Positions 24,993 through 33,017 of a stretch of DNA of 64,000 nucleotides are shown here, piece after piece (within the stretch, counting starts at the first letter, position 1; each line of letters starts with the position of its first letter). A model generated the notes under the pieces. That model was not told the DNA's origin. It saw only the letters and a list, made by a program, of their open reading frames with translations, and made no database searches. The stretch is from Polyangiaceae bacterium (GTDB lineage: Bacteria > Myxococcota_A > Polyangia > Polyangiales > Polyangiaceae): assembly GCA_019637295.1 (NCBI GenBank), contig JAHBVX010000011.1, positions 17,735-81,734 of the forward strand, read 5' to 3'. A program made the position numbers and the translations under genes.

Positions 24993-27900
24993 CTAGTCGA
25001 GGTCGATGCTGCCCCAGCCGTTGAACGGGCCGTAACCGACCATGTTCGCGAGCTGAACGGAGGCGTCGAGCAGGCCGACGAAGTTGCGGTACTGGTTCAG
25101 GTAGTACGCGCTGCGTAGGATGGGCTGGTCGTTGGCGTCCAGCAGGACGGTGACCTGCCCGAAGCTGTCCAGCGTGGGGTTGTTCGGGCCGCCCTGAACC
25201 TCGTAGGCGCGAGCGAGGATGAGGTTCGCGGTGCGCAGCATGCGCGAGCCGATCCCCTTGTCCACGGTCCTGCCGTCCACCACGTCGTCGCCGTACTTGC
25301 GAGCGATGTAGGTGAAGCCGCTCTCCGGGTTGTAGAAGCGCGCCTGCTGGGCGGTCGGGACGTTGAACTCACCGAACTGGCCGTCGACCCAGATGCGCAT
25401 CTTGTTGGACAGGTTCAGGTCGCCGTTCAGCCGCGCGAAGATGTGCCCGAAGATGAGCGTGCCGACCTGCTGCTTGTAGCCCACGTTCGGGAACAGCAGC
25501 CGGGCGCCCGCCGGGCGGGTCGGGTTGTCGCCGAACAGGTTCGTGATCTGCACCGGCGCCGTCGAGATGGCGCTGCCGCCCTGGACGAAGGGCGCGATGG
25601 TCTCGAAGTCACCCGACAGCACGCCGCCCAGCAGGCGGTCGATGGCATCGGGCATGTCGGTGCGGAAGTTCACGTTCACGTTGCGGCCGTCGAGGTAGTT
25701 CTCGCGCGAGATGGTGAAGAACACCGCTCGGCCGTCGGTCAGGGCGCGGGAGGCGTCCGACTTCTCGAACGTGTAGCCCGCGTGGTTGACGTAGCTCTGG
25801 TAGTCCCAGGAGCCGCCGCCGTAGGGACCCTGCTCGAAGTCGGGGTCGATGTAGCGCCCGGTGGAGGCGTCCACCAACAGGCTCTTGGACCCGGCGTTGC
25901 CGCAGTCCGAGTCGAGCAGCGCCCGAACCTGACCCGGACCGACCTCGCACGGACCGTACGAGCCGATCTGGGGCATGAGGAAGGCCCGAACGATGGCGTT
26001 GAAGATGTCGTTCGAGGCCATGGCCTGAGGACGGTTCCAGTCGTCCGAGTCACCCAGGATCTTGTAGATGCCGCGGTTGATCTCGTCCACCTGCTTGGGC
26101 GAGTAGCCCTGGCTGACCGCGAAGGGCTCGTCCGGCGACACCAGGGCGCCGAGGCGGCCCACGTCGATGGCCATGCTCCAGTGGAACGCGCGCAGGCGCT
26201 CGTAGAAACCACGCGAGATGCGCGAGGGGATGCTGAAGTACGCCCAGTCGCGGCTCTGGCGCCGGAAGTAGGTGAAGGGGTACTGGTAGTCGAACTTCTC
26301 GATGGTCGACTTGGTGACCTCGTAGATGTCCGCGCCGGCGTCGGACGGGTTCGTGTGGGGGTACGAGTTGCTCGTCACACCCCAGCGGTAGGGCCAGCGA
26401 ACCGCGCCGGGAGCCGTGCGGGCGTCGGGACGCACGCGCCACTTGAGCAGATCATCGGACACGCTGGCGGTGCCCGGCTTGCCGTTCTCGAAGTCGTACC
26501 AGGACGCGTAGTCCTTGGGCGGGGCCGCGCACACCTTGCCGTGCACGATGCGCCACTGCGCCGTCTCGCGCTCGTCTCCGGTCGCGTCACGGCAGCGGGC
26601 GGGATCGAACGCCTTGAGGCGACGGGCCTGCTCCGTGTAGTGCATGCCCTGCAGGAAGGCGTTCTGGAAGCCGAGCGCCGAGGCGGGCACGGTTGGACCG
26701 CCGGTGACCGGGATGGGCTTGTTCAGATCAGGGTTGGCCCACACCACCAAGTTGTCCTCGGTCAGCTGAGTCCAGTTGCGGTACGCGAACGGCAACGTCT
26801 CGGCGTCGGAATAGTGGTCCGGATCGAACACCTGCAGGACGCGGCCATACAGCACGTTCATGGCGAGCATGTCGTACTGACCCAGACCCACGGTCTCGAA
26901 GAACCGCTCGTTCTGGTACTCCATGGTGGAGGTGTGGGCGAAGTAGCTGATGCCGGGGCGCGACTCGGCGCCCTGGCCGAGTTCGTCGTCCGTCTCCGGA
27001 TCGAGGTAGCGCGGGCCCATGCAGTTGTTGCCGTCTGCCTGCGGGTTGCCCTGGCAGTTCTGCGCCGAGCCGCCGGTGCCCTCGCCCGTCAGCGCCGACT
27101 CGTTCGTGCGGAGCTGCCAGTACTGGGGCAGGAAGTTCAGGCTGTCGTAGGACGACGCGAACTGGTGGAGCATACCCAGGGAGTGACCGACCTCGTGCAG
27201 CTGGATGCCCTTGTAGGTCTCCTTCCAGAGCTCGGTGTAGATGAGCTCGGCGCGCTTTTTCGACAGCGTGAGGGCGTCCGCCTCGCCGTACTCCGGCATG
27301 TTCGCCTTGATGTTCGCGTCGCTGTACTTCTCGTAGAAGAAGCGGGACACGCCCTGCACGTCGATGTTGCCCACGTTCTCCGCGTAGATGTCCGGGAAGC
27401 ACACGCCCCGGGCCGCCATGCGCAGATCGATGAGCTGCTGCAGGTACTCCGTGCGGGCGTGATCCATGCCGCGCAGCGGCGAGACCACGTCCATCACCTC
27501 GCTCAGGTCGGTAGTCTTCGGGTTCATGCCGGCGGCGTCCAGCACCCAGTTCGGGGTGACCATCTGCGCCTCGTACACCGAGCCCCGCACCTTCTCGGCG
27601 ATGGCGTCGTACTCGAGATGGGAGGTCGAGGCCGGACCGAGGCCCGCCATCGTCTGCGACGCCATGCGCGTCAGCTCCTCGAGCTTCTGCGAGGGCTTGT
27701 CACCCTTGAGGGGAGCGCCCGCGACCTGCTGAGCGGCGTGGGTCGGGTTGATCGAGTCCACCCGGCGGTTCAGCTCCTCCTTCGTGAAGGTGTCAGGTAC
27801 CCGCCCGTCCTGCAGCCGGCGCTGATACAGCTCGGCGGGGGTGCCGTTGGTGATGTCCTCGAAGGTCAGCTCGCCGTTGGCGACCATGATGATGTCGCGC

Positions 27901-29723
27901 ACCATGGCGGCGGCGTAGGTGGCGGAGCGGCCCATGGTGGTGGCCGACGCGCCCACGATCATGCCGCTGAGGGGATCGGCGTTCCAGTTGGCGATGCCGC
28001 CCCAGGGAGCGCGGGAGGCGTAGGGCCAGTAGTACAGGAAGTTGTGGCGCAGATCGCCAACGCGAGCCTTGTACCCAGGCTTGCCGCAACTAGGGTGATC
28101 GTAGTCGCGCACGGGGTTGTGGCAGGCGACCAGGACGTCGTCCTCGAGGCCGTCGGGGCCGCCGAGCTTGGGCTTCTCGATCAGCCAGGCGCCGTAGGAG
28201 ACCATCTCGTGGCTCTGGCTCAGGTCGCCGGCCTCGAAGTACAGCGACTTGCACTGCTCGCGATTGCCGAACTCGGTGCGCCGGCACTCGACCTCACGGG
28301 CCTTGGCCACGCTGAAGCGCATGAGCTGGTTCCAGCTCTCGATCATGTCCTCGGTGGTGCCTGACGAGATGCGCTGGCCGTTGCCGTCCACCGGATCGGT
28401 GAGCTCGGCGGGCGTCTCGCCGTTCATCCAGTAGCCCACCGTCTTGATGCGGCGGTTGCGCACTGGAATGGTGCACCAGCTCTTGGCGCTGCACTGCGCG
28501 CCGTTGGTGAGCGCGCGCTCGGTGACCCGGCCGTCCTGGCCGACCACAGAGCTGAGGGCCGAGCACTGCACGTTCGTGCCCGGTCGGTCCCCGATCTCCG
28601 AGGTGATCTCCGGATTGCACGGAATGGTGCAGGACTTGGCGCCCCCGCCGTTGGGCACCAGGATGCAAGCGCCGCCGCCGCACTGGTCGTCGCTCTGGCA
28701 CGAGCCACGCAGCTGGTGGGCCTGCTGCCAAATGTTGTGGGCGTGCGCCTTGCGGCTCATGCCGGGATCCGTGTAGCCGTACTGCGGGTCCCACTCCACC
28801 CGGGGCGGCGTGACGATGCCCATCGTGTAGCTGCTGCCGAGACCGCCGGGGTTGCCGATGATGTCGAGGTTCGCGTAGGTGTTCTCGAGGGGCTCGTAGT
28901 CGTCCGCCGAGGGGACGCTCTGCACCTTCCAGAATGAGCTGCGCACCACGGCCTCCTGCTTGTCGCAGGAGTTGACCGCGGAGCCGGTGTACAGGCCCAT
29001 GATCAAGCAGGTGGGTACGTTCATGCCCCACATGCGCATGGAGTCGGGCTCGACCCAGAACTTGTTCGTGATGTCGAAGTAGCCCTGCTCCGGCACGAAG
29101 TTCGGTCGATCCGGGTGGTTCGGATCGTTCACGTAGTAGGCGACGGGGGTGACCTTGATGTCGCCGAAGATGCGACCGAGGAACATGTCGAACCACAGCG
29201 GGCTGTCGACGATGTTGATCGACCAGTCCACGCGGAAGTGGGTACGCTGGTTCCACACGCGGTCGGAGGTGTTCTCTTCGATGATGTTCAGGTCTTCGCC
29301 GGTCTGCGGGTTGTACGCCCGCTTGACGTCGAAATGCTTGGTGATGGGGTAGGCGGCCACGATCAAGCCGTCCGGCGCCTTCTTGCCGACGGGACCCTTG
29401 CCATCCGCGCCGTCGGAGACCTCGTAGGCGCGACGCGCCACGAGCAGGTTCTCGGTGATCTCGAAGCGGATGCGATCGACCGCGCTCCAGGAGCCGATGC
29501 CGACCATGGACTGCGCCTCGGAGCCGTCCACCACGAAGTTCCTCCAGAAGAACTCGGGGTCGTCGGACGGATCGGCGAGCTTGCCGACGAAGAAGTCCTT
29601 GGACAGCGCGTCGGACTGGACGCGGTTGATCGGGTCGCGCTCTTCGGCGCAGCCCACCGCATTCAGCGCGATGAGTGAAAGGCCCATGCCCAGCCTTCTC
29701 GTCCACTTCAGGTCCATGCCCAT
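24993..29723 (-). CDS. giant (1576 aa) secreted zinc metalloprotease, probable lipoprotein
   Basis: ATG 29723 follows AAGGAG. N-terminus MGMDLKWTRRLGMGLSLIALNAVGCAEE (lipobox-like). The zinc site is IQLHEVGHSLGMLHQF (HExxH). The rest is a long, non-repetitive, coding-like sequence. Confidence 0.82.
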   Translation of the reverse strand: MGMDLKWTRRLGMGLSLIALNAVGCAEERDPINRVQSDALSKDFFVGKLADPSDDPEFFWRNFVVDGSEAQSMVGIGSWSAVDRIRFEITENLLVARRAYEVSDGADGKGPVGKKAPDGLIVAAYPITKHFDVKRAYNPQTGEDLNIIEENTSDRVWNQRTHFRVDWSINIVDSPLWFDMFLGRIFGDIKVTPVAYYVNDPNHPDRPNFVPEQGYFDITNKFWVEPDSMRMWGMNVPTCLIMGLYTGSAVNSCDKQEAVVRSSFWKVQSVPSADDYEPLENTYANLDIIGNPGGLGSSYTMGIVTPPRVEWDPQYGYTDPGMSRKAHAHNIWQQAHQLRGSCQSDDQCGGGACILVPNGGGAKSCTIPCNPEITSEIGDRPGTNVQCSALSSVVGQDGRVTERALTNGAQCSAKSWCTIPVRNRRIKTVGYWMNGETPAELTDPVDGNGQRISSGTTEDMIESWNQLMRFSVAKAREVECRRTEFGNREQCKSLYFEAGDLSQSHEMVSYGAWLIEKPKLGGPDGLEDDVLVACHNPVRDYDHPSCGKPGYKARVGDLRHNFLYYWPYASRAPWGGIANWNADPLSGMIVGASATTMGRSATYAAAMVRDIIMVANGELTFEDITNGTPAELYQRRLQDGRVPDTFTKEELNRRVDSINPTHAAQQVAGAPLKGDKPSQKLEELTRMASQTMAGLGPASTSHLEYDAIAEKVRGSVYEAQMVTPNWVLDAAGMNPKTTDLSEVMDVVSPLRGMDHARTEYLQQLIDLRMAARGVCFPDIYAENVGNIDVQGVSRFFYEKYSDANIKANMPEYGEADALTLSKKRAELIYTELWKETYKGIQLHEVGHSLGMLHQFASSYDSLNFLPQYWQLRTNESALTGEGTGGSAQNCQGNPQADGNNCMGPRYLDPETDDELGQGAESRPGISYFAHTSTMEYQNERFFETVGLGQYDMLAMNVLYGRVLQVFDPDHYSDAETLPFAYRNWTQLTEDNLVVWANPDLNKPIPVTGGPTVPASALGFQNAFLQGMHYTEQARRLKAFDPARCRDATGDERETAQWRIVHGKVCAAPPKDYASWYDFENGKPGTASVSDDLLKWRVRPDARTAPGAVRWPYRWGVTSNSYPHTNPSDAGADIYEVTKSTIEKFDYQYPFTYFRRQSRDWAYFSIPSRISRGFYERLRAFHWSMAIDVGRLGALVSPDEPFAVSQGYSPKQVDEINRGIYKILGDSDDWNRPQAMASNDIFNAIVRAFLMPQIGSYGPCEVGPGQVRALLDSDCGNAGSKSLLVDASTGRYIDPDFEQGPYGGGSWDYQSYVNHAGYTFEKSDASRALTDGRAVFFTISRENYLDGRNVNVNFRTDMPDAIDRLLGGVLSGDFETIAPFVQGGSAISTAPVQITNLFGDNPTRPAGARLLFPNVGYKQQVGTLIFGHIFARLNGDLNLSNKMRIWVDGQFGEFNVPTAQQARFYNPESGFTYIARKYGDDVVDGRTVDKGIGSRMLRTANLILARAYEVQGGPNNPTLDSFGQVTVLLDANDQPILRSAYYLNQYRNFVGLLDASVQLANMVGYGPFNGWGSIDLD

Positions 29724-29954
29724 CTCCTTACCTCTCACTTTCTCACCGCTGTTTCGAAGCGCGCGCCCCCGCTGCGCGCGCTCCTCGACAAAAGTCTGAA
29801 CCGACGCCACTCAAGCAAGAGCCGAGCCAGGGAGTTGCGAGCGCTAAACCTGCAACAAATGGCGTGGGCCGTGCCGGGTGGGAAGGCGGCGCGGACGGTA
29901 ACCGTTAGAAGGCTAACTCGCAACGACAATGTAGCCGCGCGATGACGCGACGCG

Positions 29955-31244
29955 TTATCGGCTCGTGCGCGTGCTGACTGCTCGGGCGTGAGCCTCGAGA
30001 CCCTCGGCGCGGGCGAAGGCCTCGATGGCGGGCCCCTGAGCCGCGAGCGCCTGGGCCGAGTACTCGATGACCGAGCTCCGAGACACGAAGTCGTACACGC
30101 CCAACGGAGACGCATAGCGCGCGGCCCCGCCCGTGGGCAGGACGTGGGACGGGCCGGCGACGTAGTCTCCGGCAGCCTCGGGGGTGCAGGGCCCGACGAA
30201 CACCGCCCCGGCCCGCAACACCCGCCCCGCGAGTTCCCGCGGCTCGCCGACATGCAGGGCGACGTGCTCGGCCGCGAGCTGGTTGGCCAGCTGGACCAAG
30301 CGCGCTCGGTCGGCGACCAGCAGGGCCAGCCCGCGCTCGCGAAGCGAGGTCTCCGCGATGGCGTGGCGCGGCAACGTCGCCAGCTGCTGGCCGAGCGCCA
30401 CGACCACGCGCTCGACCAGGCTCGGATCCGTCGAGAGCAAGATGGGGTAGGCGGCCTCGTCGTGCTCCGCTTGGGACAGCAGATCGGCGGCCACCCAGTC
30501 GCCGCGGGCGGTGTGGTCCGCGATCACGAGGATCTCGCTCGGACCGGCGATGCTGTCGATGTCGACCTCTCCGAACACCAGCCGCTTGGCCGCCGCCACG
30601 TAGAGGTTGCCGGGCCCCACGATCTTGTCGACGCGTGCCACCGACTCGGTCCCGTAGGCCAGCGCGGCGATCGCCTGCGCGCCCCCCGCGTTCAAGAGCT
30701 CCGTGACGCCGGACAGGTGACAGGCCGCGCGCACCTCGGGCGAGGCGTCCGGCGTGGCCACGACAATCTGCTCCACGCCGGCGACCCGGGCGACCAGCGC
30801 GCTCATCAGCACGCTCGAGGGGTAGCGCGCCTTGCCGCCGGGCACGTACACGCCGACTCGGCCAAGGGGTAGCACGCGGCTCGCCAGCCGCACGCCCTCG
30901 GCGTCCAGCTCGAAGCCCTCGAGTCCCACTCGCTGCGCCTCATGGTAGCGCGTGATGCGATCCCGAGCCAAAACCAGGGCTTCATGCACCTCGGGCGGCA
31001 GCTCGGCCAGCGCCGCCTCGCCGCCGTAGTCGCGCTCGACGAGCGGGTCCGGGGAGCGGCCCTCGAAGCGCTGCACCAGCTCTCGAACCGCCCGGTCGCC
31101 GCCCTGACGAACCGCCGCCAGGATCTGCCGGACGGCGGGCTCGACCTGGCTGTGGTCGCTGTCGCCGCGGCGGACGAGGCCAGCGAGGGCCGCCTCGAAG
31201 TCGCGTGACCCGTCAGTGAAGACGCGCAGCAGGGGCTCGGTCAC
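29955..31244 (-). CDS. hisD: histidinol dehydrogenase
   Basis: GTG 31244 overlaps the upstream gene's stop as GTGA, giving 429 aa. HisD-type sequence: GVYVPGGKARYPSSVLM, PSEILVIAD, SQAEHDE and the C-terminal LEAHARAV. Confidence 0.9.
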   Translation of the reverse strand: MTEPLLRVFTDGSRDFEAALAGLVRRGDSDHSQVEPAVRQILAAVRQGGDRAVRELVQRFEGRSPDPLVERDYGGEAALAELPPEVHEALVLARDRITRYHEAQRVGLEGFELDAEGVRLASRVLPLGRVGVYVPGGKARYPSSVLMSALVARVAGVEQIVVATPDASPEVRAACHLSGVTELLNAGGAQAIAALAYGTESVARVDKIVGPGNLYVAAAKRLVFGEVDIDSIAGPSEILVIADHTARGDWVAADLLSQAEHDEAAYPILLSTDPSLVERVVVALGQQLATLPRHAIAETSLRERGLALLVADRARLVQLANQLAAEHVALHVGEPRELAGRVLRAGAVFVGPCTPEAAGDYVAGPSHVLPTGGAARYASPLGVYDFVSRSSVIEYSAQALAAQGPAIEAFARAEGLEAHARAVSTRTSR

Positions 31245-31849
31245 GTCCAGTGTCCGGCCTTCAGCGCTGCCGGGTCGTACTGTCGGATCTTGGGACCGAA
31301 GGTGTCTCGGAAGACTTGCTCGTCGTCCATGTCGAGATCCTCCTCCGCGAAGCCGTCGGCGACTTCCATGCCCAGCGCCAGAATCCGGATGAACAACGCG
31401 AAGCTCGACGCGCACAGGCGAGGCTTCCAGTTGTCCGTGCCGCTCATGGCGGAATACACCGGACAGTCCCCCTCGGCGTCCGGGCTCGAGACGTCCAGAA
31501 AGTACGGGTCGCCCAGCAGGGCGCTGTGCCCAACGATGATCCAGCTCGGTCTCCAGCCCGGCGCCGTTGGCTTTTGGACCAACGCCCCCGCGTCATCGAG
31601 GCAAAACCCGCGTTGCTCGTCCAGCAGCCTGGCCGACGGCACCAGCCTCACGCGCTCCGACGGGGTGCGGGTCTCCACGTCCACGGGATCCGCGTGGAGC
31701 AAGAACTCTCGATACCGCCGCGGGATGCGCAGGCTGGCCTTGAGCCTGTCCACGAGCTCCGGGTCGGCCTTGCCGAACGTCACCGGCACGGCGCGCTGCT
31801 CGAAGACACCCTTCAGGGAAGACACCGCTTCGGCCAGATCGCTATCCAC
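31241..31849 (-). CDS. SMI1/KNR4 (SUKH-1) family protein
   Basis: ORF 31241..31897. I prefer GTG 31849, which follows GGAGG at a 7-nt spacer, over the TTG at 31897. SUKH-like LRIPRRYREFLLHADP and a C-terminal Trp/Cys region are present. The family call is tentative. Confidence 0.55.
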   Translation of the reverse strand: MDSDLAEAVSSLKGVFEQRAVPVTFGKADPELVDRLKASLRIPRRYREFLLHADPVDVETRTPSERVRLVPSARLLDEQRGFCLDDAGALVQKPTAPGWRPSWIIVGHSALLGDPYFLDVSSPDAEGDCPVYSAMSGTDNWKPRLCASSFALFIRILALGMEVADGFAEEDLDMDDEQVFRDTFGPKIRQYDPAALKAGHWT

Positions 31850-31963
31850 GTCGCTACCTCCGCCCGAGCCCTTGGCGGGCCGGCACGTCAAGTCCAAGTA
31901 GGCCGGCCGAGCTTAGCCCAAGCGAGGCGCCACGCGAGCCCCGATCTGTCGGTTCGAGCCGGT

Positions 31964-32989
31964 TCAAGCTCGGGCATCGCGGCGACGCCGGTTGCGTCCG
32001 GCTCGGTGTCGCGCCGCCAGCGCCACGTAGTCCGGGGCGGGGGCCGCGGGGTGCGGGGTCGGGACGGCGCTCGCGACCGCCTCGGCCAACAGCGGACCGA
32101 GCCGGGAGAGCTCCGAGGGCGCGACCGAGCGGCCCTCGCGCAACATCTGGTCCGAGGCGGCGGCCAGCTCCGCCACCAGAGCCCCCCGGGCGTGGCCCCG
32201 GCGGACCAGGTCCCGGTAGCTGCGCGCCAGGGCGTCGGCGTCGAAGCGGTGCTCACGGACCAGCTCGGAGGCCACTCGCAGGATGCTCTCCGGACTGACC
32301 AGGCCGTCCTCGCCGAGCACCAGCGCGGCTTGGAAGTAGTTGAAGAACGGCACCACTCGGGCGCCGTACTCGTCGAAGCGGCTCGGCGGTGACTGTCGGT
32401 CGAGGTGGATCAGGATGCGGCGCACGATCGGGGCCCGCACCAGTCGATCGAACGCATCCAGGCAAAGGCGCGCCTGATCCGCATACAGGTGTCCCTTGTG
32501 GAGCACGCGCACGAGCTCGGAGCGAGTCACGTTGCCGGCGCACACGTCCGCGTACAAGGAGTACACGAAGGCGTCCGCCTCGGCGTCGTCTCCCACCAGG
32601 ATTTCGCTGCAGCTCACCGCGCCGTCCCGCCGTTGATCCGCCACGCGGGCTGCGAGCAGCATGGGCAGCTTGTAGCCGAGCTGGTCCTTCAGCGCGCGGA
32701 AACGCAGGCGCACGATGTTGCTCAGGTTCGGCTTGAGCGTGAGCTCGTCCCAACGCACGCGATCGATGAGCAGCTTCTCTTCCAACCGTCCCCGCATCTG
32801 GCGCGGACTGCCGCTCAGGATGTGGACCCGGGCGCCGGCTTGGGACAACTCCCGGAGCAGGGCCGCCGCGCCGGGCACGCTGCGCTTGCGGTCAGGGCGC
32901 TCGACGGCGGTGCGCACGAGATCGCGCAACGTATCGAACTCGGTGCGCAAATAGGTCTTGTCCAAGTCCCACCGCGCGATGAGCTTCAC
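31964..32989 (-). CDS. HAD-superfamily hydrolase-like protein
   Basis: ORF 31964..33034. The start at GTG 32989 places the DxDxT motif (WDLDKTYL) about 8 residues from the N-terminus, as is typical for HAD enzymes, and removes the overlap with the kinase gene. The alternative start is GTG 33034. Confidence 0.55.
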   Translation of the reverse strand: MKLIARWDLDKTYLRTEFDTLRDLVRTAVERPDRKRSVPGAAALLRELSQAGARVHILSGSPRQMRGRLEEKLLIDRVRWDELTLKPNLSNIVRLRFRALKDQLGYKLPMLLAARVADQRRDGAVSCSEILVGDDAEADAFVYSLYADVCAGNVTRSELVRVLHKGHLYADQARLCLDAFDRLVRAPIVRRILIHLDRQSPPSRFDEYGARVVPFFNYFQAALVLGEDGLVSPESILRVASELVREHRFDADALARSYRDLVRRGHARGALVAELAAASDQMLREGRSVAPSELSRLGPLLAEAVASAVPTPHPAAPAPDYVALAARHRAGRNRRRRDARA

Positions 32990-33017
32990 GCTGGCAGACC
33001 TCGACTCGCCGCTCGGA

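Noticed and set aside
25443-28364. A 973-aa plus-strand ORF, plus several ORFs of 100-470 aa inside 24993..29810.
   Set aside because: They are antisense or alternate frames of the metalloprotease gene. Only the 24993..29723 minus frame carries the signal peptide, HExxH and realistic composition.
29724-29954. tRNA or small RNA genes in the larger intergenic gaps (also 21569-21673, 24855-24992, 51619-51790 and 57685-57876).
   Set aside because: I could not fold cloverleaf-like acceptor or anticodon stem arrangements by eye and saw no conserved RNA motifs. These regions look like promoter or UTR sequence.
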